A stretch of DNA of 64,000 nucleotides from Vicugna vicugna (lineage: Eukaryota), in assembly GCA_013265495.1 (NCBI GenBank), contig MU058687.1, positions 4,834,093 through 4,898,092 on the forward strand, given 5' to 3'. A program made the translations under genes and the position numbers. Positions 24,930-38,521 of this stretch are shown piece after piece; the stretch's first letter is position 1; every line of letters begins with the position of its first letter. Below the pieces are notes generated by a model. The model saw only the letters and a program-made list of their open reading frames with translations. It ran no database searches and had not been told where the DNA came from.

Positions 24930-25185
24930 GACTAACTCAGCTTACCCAGGTTTTATCTTTAAGGCCCAACCCAAATGTCACCTCCTCTGTGTGGCTTGAC
25001 TTGTCTCCTCCTTACCTCTCTCTACAAACACAAATATTCTTCTACCATATTGGTTTTCAGTAAATTCTGTTCTACATTCTGTTATACTCATCACCTTCTT
25101 CACTTGGCTGGACTAGATTGAGGCCATGTTTATGTCCCTAATAGCTAGTGTCTCAGACAGCACATATACACTTAGTGAAGTGAAG
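24930..25185 (+). mobile_element. L2 3' fragment
   Basis: 'ttaaggcccaacccaaatgtcacctcctctgtg...ctagattgagg...tgtccctaatagctagtg'. Confidence 0.6.
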
Positions 25186-25884
25186 CCATGGCTCTGCCTG
25201 GGATGGGCTCATGATCCAAAGGAGAGTGATCTATGTAACTTTATTATTGTGCGTTAAATGCTATACTAATCTATTTGAGGTCTTGGGAGTGGTAGTAAAA
25301 CGAATATCTATTTACCATAAACCTGGCAAATCTGATTTCCTGGTCTCTGTCTGTTTTCTTTCCAATAGGATGGTCCACCAAAGAAATTCCCCTTTCCATA
25401 AAAAATAAAAATCGTAGTCACGTAAATTGGGAATACTGAATATTATGTCCTTTCTCTTGGACATCCATGATGCCAATTAACATAGTAAAGCCTGAAAATT
25501 CCTACATTAAAGAACCCCCTTCTTATCTCCCCCACCCAAAAATCTAGTTGTTCCCAAACCCACTGGATCATAGAATTTACTATATATGACAACCCATTGG
25601 CATCCCACATAATTAGCAAACTTAAACACACTTTGAAAAATTCTGTCTTTCATATCAAGTATTCACATTATGAAGAGTTTATAGAGCTTCTGTGAAAACA
25701 TTAGCTGGAAAGATTTTTTACTCTAAACCTGCTTTGTGTTTGGCGAGCCATTGCGCAAACTAAGCCAAAATGTTTATACCGGAGGCTTCCAGGCCAGTTA
25801 GCATTCCTGAAGGGGAGAGAAAGAAACATTGCCTAAAAGGTGTAGCAAGGATCTTCATGAGGACAGGACCAAGAGCAAGGAGGC

Positions 25885-26745
25885 CCGGGAAAGGTCCCCA
25901 CTTTGTGGGGCCTGAAGCTTATACTGTGTGTGTGTGTGTGTGTGCAACTTCTTTAAGACAAATAATTAAAAATTAAATATAAAATGACTATTAATTTAGC
26001 ACAAGAAAAAATGATGAAAAATTGCAAATATTAAAAAGCTGGTAAATATCATGAACATTACAGAAATGCATGCAATAACATACTGTTTTTAAATTAACTG
26101 CTTGACACGTTTCTATGACATCTTTTCCCTACAGTACTATGTTCTCTTTGAATGCCTTTTCATATGACAATTTTGTAATATCATTTTCTGCAGGTGAAAT
26201 AGAAGGGTAATTCACCTTTCCTCTTGCTTGGTTGCTCAAATGTTGTATTTTTTTATTATTAATAGTTTTTAAAAGTTTATATTGGTAAAGTTAGGTGAAT
26301 TTTTAAGGATTGCTTCAGCTTTGGGAAAACTTCTATCAAGGTCACTGGGTCATACAGCACTGAAGGTGGTCAGAACATTCCTGGAAGCCATGTCTGCATC
26401 TAGAAAGTGAGCAATAACTTAATTCTACAAAAAGACATCATCATCATCAATTATATGAAGATATGTCAACAAAGAACTAAACATACCCCAGCTCGGCTTC
26501 CCGTTAGTGAGATCCCAGATGTGTTGACTGCCACTTCATTGCCTCCCTCCATAAGGGGACGTGTGATGGAGGGGAGGTTAGAGTGAAAGGTATTGGAGTC
26601 TTCACCTACCTCTGGCTTTACCAATTTGACATAAAAGATGAGGCCTAGTAAACACATTGCTCAGGCTACTCGCAGAGCTTTGGGAGCCCTGAGTAAATGG
26701 ATGCTTTAAGGATTCAGCTCTCCCTAGCTTCGCTTCGTGGGGGTG
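25885..26745. mobile_element. hAT-Tip100 DNA transposon fossil, Arthur1-like, containing a (TG)n at 25925-25944
   Basis: Left end 'ctttgtggggcctgaagcttatac...ctttaag'. Right part 'cccagctcggcttcccgttagtgagatcccaga...gtgtgatggaggggaggttagagtgaaagg' and 'aacacattgctcagg' resemble Arthur1 subterminal sequence. Confidence 0.6.
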
Positions 26746-29219
26746 AGTGAGAGGGGCGGGCTTTTATTAGAAAGTATTGAGGAAGGTATTGTGCAGCAGG
26801 AAGTCTTGTATGGAAAGCAACATAGAAGTCGATTGAGATGCAGGTCCAGTATAGAATAGTTGGAGCTGTTACCTTGGAAAGATCAGCCTGTCCCCCGTCC
26901 ACTGGGCTCCTAGCGGCACCGTCTCCTCCCTGGGCCCCTGGCTGTCCAGCCGCTCACCTCCTCCATCCTGCGAGGCACCACCTGGTGCCTCTTTACGACC
27001 AGAGGGCTGCATGTGCAGCAGAGGCCAGTCCCACTGCACAAGCTGTATTCGTCTTTTATTTTACTGGAAGTCTTTGCTGCCATCCGGGCTGGTAATTGCA
27101 CCACACCATTCCTGAATCGATTGCTTTTAGAGCTGTTGAGCTTTATTACTGCTACTCACTGGGGAGAGAGGAGGGAGAGAAGCAGGTCAGCCTGGGCTCT
27201 GCGAGAGATGAGTGTCGTCAAATTGTCTTTCTCCAGCTGTTGAATAAAACTAGTCATGCTGTTCCATAAAACTAAAAAGAAAAAAAAGGAAACGAGAGTG
27301 TGAGAGAAAGGAGGGATGTCATGGGGACAGAGAGAGACCGCACAAGACAGCATATGCATCTGACTCTTCTTGGAATAGACAGCAAAGCCGTATTGCGATG
27401 TTCACTATACAGTGCGATGATGTTGTAGGAATGTAGCGAGAAGTAAAAGACAAATTAAAAAATATCTGTTGGCAGTTGCACAGATCTGCCATGTTTGCAG
27501 GTTTACTGATGTTTCCCTCATTCTTGGAGCTGAGGAGAAACATGTATGTTTTGTTCTATTTGATTTTTTTGTCGCTCAAATCGATAGACTCTGTAATTTG
27601 AATCAGATGATGGAATTCCTCCTTACTTACACATATTATTGTTATTTCACTGGCAGATGCCTCTGTCCCTTCAACTGGGCCGGTTTCATTAACGTTAACA
27701 TCTCTTATTGATTCGTCTAGTAGCATTTCTTCATGGTTTCATCCTAAGGTAGCAGGTGGCCCAGCCATTCTCCTAAAAATGAGGAATTCATATAATTAGA
27801 TTTCATGATGGGCATTCTTATTCTAGTTGGAATCCATCTTCCAGAAGAAGTTAGCTAACCTAGCTTCTGGGTGAAGAGGCTTGGAAAACAGAACTGAATG
27901 CTCACATAAACTTTGTTCATCCTAATTGTTTACGATCCCAGACAATGCCTCATTTAACAATTTTGTCCTATATGAGAGCCCCTGTAATATTTATGTGCAT
28001 GAATTGATTTATTTCTTTTTATCAACCTTTCAGGAAAGTCTTAATGACAGTTCATGGTATTTACCTATTTTCCAAAAGTAGTCTAAGTCAGTCATTATAA
28101 ATTAGGCTTTCAAGTTAAATTGGTCTGAAACATACTTAAGCATCATATAAATGTCAGATCTTACACAGGATTCTCCTCTGCAAAGCAGGTGGCAATATGC
28201 CAATTTCAAAATGCCAGTTTAAAGTGCAGGGTATTTAAATGACTTTTCCAGAGTCACGTACCATATCAGGGCTCGACACAAAACCCAGGCATCCTTGTTC
28301 GCATTCTACTACTCTAAGAACCAGATTCAGTGCTCTAATATTGCAAATGATAGGCCCTGCCTTTGGAGTGGGATGCATGTGAATGTCATATGTCACTTAA
28401 ATATATGAACAATGTCTTCCCTTGTGGTCCCTCTACTGCTTTCAATCTGTCATGTCAAGCAGCATGACTGCCTTTATGATTGAAATGAAGAGGATACTTG
28501 GACCATTGATCTCAGTGGCAGTTGGCATATCAGAATTACCAGTCTGTTGTATCGTATAGCGAGATACGGCCTGGTACACAGATCAGCCAGTGTTTCAACA
28601 CGTATGATAGCATCAGATATCCCTGCCAAATGGCTGTCTCTTTGCCAGCTCCCCACCTATACCCCCATTAGCTTCTGCCCAACTGCCAGTGATAAAGGTA
28701 CTTTGAAGTCCCACTGATTTCCATGTAAATGTCATACCATTTGGATCTGGTTTAACATTCCAAATCCTCCAGCCTAGAAGTTAAGAGTTTAGGAGAGCTG
28801 TAGTTTGTGTTCAAGCCAGTCAAATTTTTACCTTGCTTGTCCCATATTTCTGGAACTCTACAACCCTAAAACAATATGAACAAAAAGACAGTATTTGTTA
28901 ATGGGTAATGTTTTTCTGCCAAGTATTTTGACTGACCATCGGAATCTGTTTTCAGTTCATCAGTGAAGAATGTCAGTGAACTGAGCATAGAAGAAACTTT
29001 GATCCGCAGTAATTCACAACCTGGAAGGCCCCAAATGTAATACAAGGAACATGTCTAACCTGCCCTACTAAGCTCTACTCACTGTAAACTCTTGAGGCCT
29101 GATTAGGAACTTCAGCTACCCTGAAAGGCTAAACTGCAAAGCCCTTTCAGTTTTTAGGTGAACAGAACTTCCTTGAAAGTGGACAACGTGCGTTAATGCT
29201 AGCTCTTATCAATGGTGGA

Positions 29220-29380
29220 GGATGTCATAATGAGGATCTAGTGTATTATTCCTGTTTTATGAGTAGGAAACCAAGGACTAGAGAAATGTTAGTGACTATA
29301 GAAGTTATCCAAGTGTCGTGTGTCAGAATTAAGATTGGACTCAGGCTGAGCCCAGTGGGCTTTTACCTTTCACGTGTGCC
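29220..29380 (-). mobile_element. MIR fragment
   Basis: 'tattattcctgttttatgagtaggaaaccaaggactagagaaatgttagtgact'. Confidence 0.55.
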
Positions 29381-32300
29381 CTGACATCTGTCCAGCAGCT
29401 CGTTTCACAAAGGACACCACCTGTTGCTGGGCTGGGGAGCAAGAGCCTTCATGGATCTCAGTCTCAAGGGGCTTGTAGGAATAACAGTGATACTATGTAA
29501 GTAATGAACATATTTAAGTGCCTAAAAATCCCAGTCTACACTTCGATGATGTGACCATAAAATTGACAGGAACTAACCTTAATATCTGACCAGTTAACTA
29601 TAGGATTTTGTTTTCCGTTATGTTGCAGGCTGTCAAAATAGAGTCTCATTAAATAAATTCCCATCCTGTCAGAGAGGAGCTCCCCACAAGTAATGTGAAG
29701 GCCAGCAAGTTCCACTAATGATGCTTTTTTCCTTTAAAAATGGGAAGGAGGAAGCAAGATAAACCTTTTATCCTGATTCCTTTCTTCTAACCGCGGGGCA
29801 TGCTATGGCCAGTTGCAGGGGTGGGTAATTGAATTCAGGGGTGCGAGCTGACTGCATTTCTACTGTAAGTGGATCTCTCTTCTCTATCAGTGAGAGAAAA
29901 TGGCCTCAAATGATTCCGACTGGGACATAGCAGCCATCCCTCTTGAAAATAGCTGGGCCTTACTGGCTTCACTGGGTAGGGAGCCCAAATTGCTCCCCAG
30001 ATGAGGCCAAGCAGCAGCCAGGATAGACCTGGCTACCCAGCGGGTCTTTATCCCTGTGGAATAAATGATCAAGAGGGCCCATCCTAGAGGAAAGAAGAAA
30101 GTTATGCTCAGGTGACAGGAATCATGGACAGAAGCACTGGGACGGAGGCTTACAGGTTTTAATAATATGCAAAGTTACATGGATAAGTGTATTTATAAGT
30201 TTCATAATAGAACACATGTCAAGAATCTTAAAAATTGGTGTTCCTGGGTTCTATTTTTCTTTGCGTAGTGGTTTGGGATATATCTGCCTTATGGGTAAAC
30301 TAACTTTAAAGAGAGTTGAGAATAAAGGAGGCCATTGAGGAAAAGAGAAGTTGGTTTGGGTCTCAGACATCATTCCTCAAACAGCTGACAGTAAGGTCTG
30401 TAATGGTAATTGATATTATCCATGCGTCTTTAGTACAACTTGCTTTATCTAATAACCAGGTGGAGTTTCAGAAATGTCGCGAATCTGTTTAAGAACAAAA
30501 TGGGAATTTTAGCTGAGAATCTTAACTAAGTGCTAAATATAGTAAGAAATAACCACAACCCTGACCCTGGCAACCTCCATCATCCCACACACTTCCTCTG
30601 GACTTTAGGATGGTGAAGCTTATGGGGGTACAGCCTACAGAGACAGATTGCTCATATGTGGAAGGAGTTTCCAAGGGTGCATTCTCAGGGGTTTGAGAGT
30701 TCTGTGCACATGGCAGATGACAGTGACATCTAAAAAATTATAATACGTACAAGCATATTCTGAGTGAGCTCGCTGTGACCACATAATAACCAGGTGCTGT
30801 TGCAGGATTTTAATGCCTATGCTGAGTTGTGTTCATGCCACATCGGGCCCAAACCTTTCCTGCCTTGATTGTCAGGGGTAATGAGAAACCAACAGAGGCA
30901 GGTTGAGAACAGAAATGATGTGTTTATGCCACGCAAAAGAGAAAATGATGTCCGAGTGCACTTTCAGAAACAAAGATTTTCACACTATTTCAAATGGAGG
31001 AAACTGAAGGGAGAATAGAATCAAAGGGAAGGTTGCTTAGTTGGCAAAAGCGTGATGAACGCTGGAGGACCCGGGCCTGAGAGGTCAGGACTGTTACATT
31101 TACTATGGGACAAGTAGTTTCTTCTAAACCAAACAACATCAGCGGTCACATGAGATTAATATTGTTGAGCGAAACTTTGCAGCATCTCTGGATTTATTTG
31201 TATTTAATCTGTGAATCCGTTTTGGTTGTGTAAGGGTTGTAAACATAACTGGATTATAGCTACCTTTGTTTGTATATATTTAAGAGATGCTAAAATAAAA
31301 GCAATTGGAATGATCAGTGAGGATCCCCAAGAGTGGCTTTTTTCTTTTAAAAGCTCCTATATTTAGGTTTGGGAAGTCCTGTCGCCGGTAGAGCTGTTCA
31401 GAGCCTACTGACTCAGAATTGGTGTCAACGCCAGTAGGCAGGGTGTGCTTCTGCCGTGTTCAGTTCCCTGGGTTACAGTGGCTTGCTGATCTCAGTAGGG
31501 CTAGGGGAGTTACCAAGAGAAGAAAAGGGCAGCTTTGTCAGCACCTGTTTGTTTTGTTTTGCAAAATCAAAGGCTCAGTATTGCCTCAAAGGCAACTGGG
31601 TAGATTCTTCGAGAGAAAGACACATGCCTGTGTGCAAGGCATGAAGCTAAGCACGTAGACTGGTTTTGAGAGGTTAATGGAAAAGAAAGGGATGGTGCAG
31701 GAGCTGGTAATTATGCTTCCTCTGTAAATAGTCTTATGAAAATTTCAAGCGTGAATTACTTCCTAAACACAAATTAGTCTCTTCAATATTTGTTAAGAGA
31801 AATCATTTAATTTACTGCAAGAATGAAAGGCATAAAAGCACCAAGCGCAGGCACACAACTTAATCACTTTAACCAAAGCTTAGCGTGAGCTGTTTTCTCC
31901 CACTTCACCTTTCAAGTTTACGCAGAATATTTGGGGTGTTTAGGGGGAGTCTCCATGTTCTAGCTGTGTGGCTTCTGAGTCTGCCACCTCTGCTCTACGA
32001 AACCCCAGGGAACGCATCTTTAGCAGGTTCTTAACTCTTATCAGAACAAAGGCATCAAGCTGTCACCTTAACTCCAGCCATTAACTCCGTGGAGCACATT
32101 TCCTTTATTTCATTTAAGGCAGGAGCGGAAAGCCCGTTCCTGCCGCACCTTCTCCTTTAGGCTAAAGCTGAATGGGGAGGGAACTGAAGGATAACCAAAC
32201 TCTCAAGCCTTTGCGTTTCCCTCTGAGAAACCTACCTCCCCCCTCCCTTTTTACTGCTCACCCTGACCATTACAGTTGTCAGTACTGAATTCTCTGCTCC

Positions 32301-32727
32301 TCCAACCCCTGCAATTTCCTCCAGAATTTCTACCGACATAAACTGTTAAAGCCAAATCTTGCTGCGATTTTTGCCCCCATGGAGAAACATGTATTACAGG
32401 AACAACAAACCCTTATAACTTGGGAGACCCAGGGGCTTGATTGCATTAGAGTCATAGAAGCATAAATGCACAGCCGTGTATCACCACCGTTAAGTTGTTT
32501 TTGGTATGAAATGATGTCATCCACTCCCAGCACAGCCTCAAGCCCAGTGCCCTTCGTGTGTTGTGTTCAATAAATAGTTGACATTTTAATTTATTAATTT
32601 TTACCCACTCTGGTATAAAGTTACCTCAACTCTTAGTTATCTATAAAAATCAGTTGGTTGTAACCCTTCATTCATTTTCTGGCCATGTCAAATGTCTTTG
32701 ATACCATTATATCATCTTGATATTTCT

Positions 32728-32881
32728 TTTTTAAAAAATTTATTCCTAACTGTTTTTATTCTTCATTGAAGTATAGTCGGCTTACAACGTTGCATCAATT
32801 TCTGGCGTACAGCATAATGTTTCAGTTCACACATATACATACGTATATGTGTTTCTATATTCAGATTTTGTATTCAGTATG
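32728..32881 (-). mobile_element. 5'-truncated artiodactyl-type L1 3' end
   Basis: 'ttgaagtatagtcggcttacaacgttgcatcaatttctggcgtacagcataatgtttcagt'. TSD atcttgatatttct (32714-32727) vs atcttgacatttct (32882-32895). Confidence 0.88.
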
Positions 32882-35800
32882 ATCTTGACATTTCTAATAC
32901 CGTACATGGACGGTAAGGACACAGCAATTTAGTTTAATTGAGGGGAAATGCATGTTTACATTAGTAATAATTGTTTATTATCTTTGAAGACATAAAGGGT
33001 TATTATTTTCAATAAGTGAAACTCATAACAAAATGTTGCCTTAGAGGTCCTGCTTTAAGGACCTCATAATGATTTGCATGTAATTAGCGTGTCAGAATAT
33101 CCCCTGAACTTTGCCCATTCCTGCTCCCTTTGCAGCTCCTTCTTTGTGGATATAAAGTTACATCAAAGTATTATAGTAAATTGTTTTCTGGTAATTTTGC
33201 TTAAGTGATTATTAATTTGACAGTGATTTTTTGGACCCTTGAATGACATGATGTCTTTAAATATATTTCAGGCAAGCTTGTGTTCAAATTGACACAAATT
33301 TTGAAATTAGTGACTTTGGAATCAGTGCATGACATAAATGAAAAATAGCATATTTTGTATTTATGAAAAAATTCCCTGTGCTGATCAGAACTGACCTCTG
33401 GGTATGAAACAGGACTGGACTTCCATATGTTAATGGGAAATAAGATGGGGAGAGGGTTTCTAATTACTTAGTTTATTAAGAATCCCAGGGCACCTCTTAG
33501 AATGGTAGAGGTGATGTTAGCCCTTATGTTCTGGACATGATCCAGTTTAGGTAATTGCTAATTACAATCTGTCTACCTAATTCCCTTGACTCTTACTTCT
33601 GAATGTTATTTTTCCTGACTTAGCTATATTTAACTATTATATGCTTTTGGTGTGTGGCTGTTGGAAAATCTACTGACTTCTACTTCTGTGTTCAGTGTAG
33701 TTTGTTTCTTATTTGATTGCTTTTGATGGTTATTTTTATTATCATATTATTATTCTAACTATTTCTGTAGACAAAAAAGAAAATAAAAACCCTGCAAAAA
33801 CTTTTAGCTACTTTCAACTACTTAGGCTGGAATATGCTTTGTCAATCTGACAGATGGACTTTCTGGATCTGTGTTTAAGAATCTGGAATCACTAGGCACA
33901 CCAGTGGCCCATGACATACTCATTATAAAATTGTGAAAACTCAGAGATGAGTTTTAGACAGACAGGATTTTTTAGTGTCCTCAATTCTGGAGCTAAAATC
34001 AGGACATGGAGAAGAAGTCTATGAAAGTTATCCCACAGCTAAGGATCCCTAATGTTCTGGGTCCTTCCCCAAAGAGGAACATCTCTATTTTGGAGACTAG
34101 AGCATGCTTTGACTCTTTTGATGACAATAAAATGGAGCTGAAGAATACAGAAGTAAAGATTTTATTCCTTTCAAAATACAGGTCCAAATGATATACAGGT
34201 GTTCCACCCTGCTTCTGTCCCTCTGAAGAAGGTGAGATTATTCCCAAGTCTGTTAGGATTTGAGTCCTTGGTTTGGGTGCAATGCTTGGAGTTCAGATGA
34301 GGGGACATCAGGTTTTATCTGTAATCCACCCCCAGTGTGTAAAAATCATGCAGTGAAATAAGTTAGGTGGAGCTTTGTTCATGTCCTAGCAATGTCAAAT
34401 GCATGAAGCATCTTTTCCACTCGTCAATACGTTTTGAGCCTTCCCAGTGAGCGAAATGATTGGAACTTTCAGGAAATAGACATCCCTGAGTTCCTAGATT
34501 ATATATTCCAAACATACCAAACATGTAGATTTTGACCTCTGTTTTACCCACTCTAAAAAGTTCACTCAACTGTAATTTCAAAGAGATGTTCTGACTGAAT
34601 CAACTCACCAGGGCTAACCAGAATGTGTAAAAAACTCAAACATAATGTTCCCTGTATTTTCTATTTGATGGTGTTTTGGCCAGAGGTGGGGAGACTCTTC
34701 CTGTGGATTTTGTTAATGAAGGAAATATTGTTTCCCGTAAGACTGCAACACTTTGACTCGAACGTCTGATCCATGGCTCGGACAGCAAGGGAAGTAACCC
34801 ACTTTATCATCTGTGCTCTCTTCCACTGCTCTTCTTCATTCTGCAAATCCATCAGAAGGAATAGATTGCATCTATTGTGTCTAAGGACACCATTTACTCA
34901 CAAGCAGCATTGAAATGGAAGTGAGGAGTAACAGTAGCAGAAGAACATGAGCCAGTAATTGAGCTCAAAATGGCCATTGGCTAGGTGGTCAGATAATTGT
35001 GTCCTGCCGTGGTACATTTCCTGAGCAGTCTTTGAACCTAAAATTGTTATGTTGATGAAATGCATTTTAAACATGTGATTATGGTTCTTAGACTTACAAA
35101 AAAAATTAGATATTTTCAGAATGTTCTGACTGTGATATATCAGGGAAGATTTTGATGTCAGAATGACCAAAAAAAAAAAAAAAGCACTATAACAAACTGC
35201 CCCAAACTCAGTAAGATTTATTATGGGAGTTCTGAAGAAACTCCTGCCAGTTTCTGTATAGCTATTTGTCTAACTGCATAATATCTTTTTTTTTCCCCAT
35301 TCTGGTAACACATTAATTCACCCTTTCTGAAAAACAATCCTTATTGCCACTACACTGGAAATACAGTCTTGCTTTCTACAAGGAGAAGGCTGTGTAGCTT
35401 TGCGGTTTAGGAGAGAAAAAAAATAATCAATCTGTTTATTTCATTATTTACTTGCACTAATGGAGAAAACCACTAGAAAAAAACTTCCTCTTATGAGTGA
35501 AAAAAACAAAGAGGCATTGCAGCCCCAGACTTTCTGCGTTCGTTCTAATCAGGATAGATGATACTGATGTTGCCTTTTAAAATACTACGCAAGCTCTGGG
35601 GGTGAGTTTTGACCCAAACTGAGAAAGGTGCTAGTTTCCCACAACACCTCCTAGCACGCACATTTCCAAAACAGTGAGGATTAGGGAAGAAAGAACTGAA
35701 GGGCTTTGGATGGGCCCGATGTGAGTGTGTGTGTCTGTATGTCTGTGTGTGTCTGTGTGTGACAGAGAGACAGAGACAGAGAGAGAATCTTGAGAACATG

Positions 35801-36458
35801 TTTCCATCTAATAAAAAGAAAAAAAAAACTTCCATGAGCATCACCAGAGTGGACTTATCCACCAGTGTCCCTAGGCCCTGCTGACTTATGGATATAAAGC
35901 TTTAATCCTTAACATTTGCTGGCTAAGTAGCCATAGCCCAAAACCCCTAAGCTCTTAGTCCCTAATTCAAGCTCCCTTCCCACCTTCTCTCCACCCCTAC
36001 CTACCACGGTTATTTCCAGGTGGCCTCTGAGTTTTCCTTAGATCACACTTGGTCCTATAGTTTGTTTTTTTCCTTCTTGGCCTCTCTGTTGATGTCTGTT
36101 GCCTGTCAGTCCAATTGAATGTTCAATCATCAGTGAAGTGACCCCTGCCACGAGAGTATTGCCTTCTATGTCCCCCAAACTGAAAGACCTTCAGGAATCA
36201 AGATCTAGCTTCATCTCCCAGAGCCATGCCTAGTTCTCTGCAGAAATGGGGAAGAAATCCTTTTTCATAGACGCTAGCTGGGCACATGGTTGAGATAACC
36301 CTTTACTCTCTGCCTCTTCATTTCCATCACCCACGCCAAGACTCTCTCACACTCTTCTGCTCACAGGCCCCCTTTTCCTTCTTGACAAACAGTCTATCCA
36401 GAGGTGACCCCCAGATGCTGACCAGGTAGGTCTTAGGACCCAGTCAGGTCCTGCATCC

Positions 36459-36846
36459 TGCCTTTGTCCACTTGGGCTGTCATAACAGGACCACAGACAG
36501 TGTGGCTTAAACAGCAGAATTTTATTTCTCATAGTTCTAGAGGCTGGAGAGTCTAAGATGAAGGGTGTGGCCAACTCAGTTTCTGGTGAGAGCTCTCTTC
36601 CTGGCTCACAGATGGAGAAGAGAGGGGAGAGAGAAGGAAAGAGAGGAGAGGGGGAGACAGAGGGGAGAGGGGTTGAGCACCTTCTCTCTGGGGTCTCTTC
36701 TCACCAGGACACTAATCTGCAATCCTGTCAGATCAGCACCCTGGCTTTATGACTTCATTTCTTAGGGGCTCCACCTCCAAGTGTCACCAGGGATTAGAGC
36801 TTCAACAAAACAAATTTCAGGGGGACAAAACGGTTAGTACATAACA
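36459..36846 (-). mobile_element. MaLR solo LTR, MLT1A-like
   Basis: 'gggctgtcataaca...tttatttctcatagttctagaggctggagagtctaagatgaagg...ctggtgagagctctcttcctggct', ending 'ggattagagcttcaaca...ggggacaaaacggttagtacataaca'. Confidence 0.88.
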
Positions 36847-36959
36847 ATCCACATTTAAATTCATCAGGGACCATTGATACTGTCCTGTTCATCCTTCCCT
36901 AAGAAGTGAGTATGTCCACAGGCATGTGTGTGTCCGCGGGGCTATGAATAATTGAGCCA

Positions 36960-37225
36960 GAAGGGAGTGGCAGACTGACTGGGAGAGGAACTGGCGAGCA
37001 CGTGGCTCTTGTAAAGGGGGCAGCTTCTCTCCGCTGCAGCCAGGTGTCCTGCAGGACCAGTTTTGTCAGTTTTCCATTTAAAAAAAAAAATCTAGAAATG
37101 TGAAATTTTATGTGGAACTTTCAACACGTGAAAGTTAGAAACTAATTCAAAAGTTTAACAAACCTCTCATGGGCCAGCACTAGGAAAGCTGTCTCTAGCC
37201 TTAGCTGTTCCAGTTTATAGACCAT
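36960..37225 (+). mobile_element. MER103C-like DNA transposon fossil
   Basis: 'aaagggggcagcttctctc...tctagaaatgtgaaattttatgtggaac...gttagaaactaattcaaaa...atgggccag'. Confidence 0.55.
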
Positions 37226-37782
37226 GTCCCTCCAGTGGTTGCCTTGAAGGCTCTAGGAAGGATGTCATCCCTTTGTTTTGTGGTTTTTGTGCATTGCTTT
37301 CTTAAGAGGACTATAAGGAAATTCTAGTGTTCACAGCTGCTCTTGTGGTTACTTGGCCATTCATAAGGCTTATAGATGATAATGAAGTTGTCTTGGAAAG
37401 CTGCCACATCCACAATGTAGTTGCTTATCCGATTTTGTAATCCTTTATCAATTCCCTCTACAGCTTGGAGGCCAGGCTGCGGGTATGGAACAGAATATTA
37501 AGTGGTTTCAAATCAAGTCCAGTCTCTGTTAGGATCTTCATTGTGATAACAAGAAATATTCTTAATAATAGTAACTGACAACAACAACAATCATGTGTCA
37601 TTATATGGTATTCCAGTGTCAACGAGAAGTGGAGAGGGATCGAAAGGGGCATAAAGGAATAAGCAAAAGCCGAAAAAGTCATCCAGGGTGTGAGCATATT
37701 CTACCAACAATGTGATGTTTGCTCACAAATGTCTTACATTTTTCCCTCCAAAGTGGGTATTTGCTTGGCTGCCATTTCTTAG

Positions 37783-38050
37783 AGAGGATGGTGTTGAATA
37801 AAGAATGTAGACTTGGTTTCATCCCACGTGAGTCCCATCACTTGCTGTCTGTGTAGTCTTACAGAAACATCCAGCCTCTCTAAGCTGCCGTTTTCTCATC
37901 TGTGAACAGGGCATAGTCATGGTACCTACCTTAGGTACTGCTGTGTAGAATCAGATGAGATCCTCCATGTCAAGCATCTAGCATTCTGCTAGATACACTT
38001 TACAGTCGTTGCTAATACATTTTGTTAGTGTCAGTATAATGATTATTATT
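37783..38050 (+). mobile_element. MIR SINE
   Basis: 'cacttgctgtctgtgt...cctctctaagctgccgttttctcatctgtgaacagggcatagt...gtacctacctt...cagatgagat'. Confidence 0.8.
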
Positions 38051-38521
38051 GGAGTTTTAACTCTCTGGCTTGTTTTCCGTCTTTGTTTTCCTTTGTATAA
38101 ATGGGTCTGAGACAATGAGTTAAACCCTGTCCTCAGCTTCTCAATGCTATTTTCTCATGCATATGGCTTTTCTTTCTCTCTCTTTTTTTTTTTTTTTGAC
38201 CATGTGCTATCTTCTTTCCAGATACAATTTTAGAAGCCATTAGAATGGACTTGACAACTGAATGAAGTATTTAGGTGGACTAGATAAGAGAGAGGCTTTC
38301 AGCTCAGTGGATACAGGCTCCTTCCTCCTCTGCCCTTGGCAGGGCTCTCCTTACGCTTAAACCCCTGCTGGCTCAGGGAGTATGTGAAACCAGTGCAGCC
38401 ATAGTCACGTCTGGTCACCGTCAGATAGAAGTGAAGAACTAAGATGTGTTGAGTTAATATCGTGGGCTGGCTGTTTACGTGTCATTTCATTTGATCTTTG
38501 AATAACACTAGGAGGAAAGAT

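Noticed and set aside
27748..27763. CTCF-like cores (also near 28183 and 45853)
   Set aside because: They lack the 5' CCA part of the core motif and are only partial matches.
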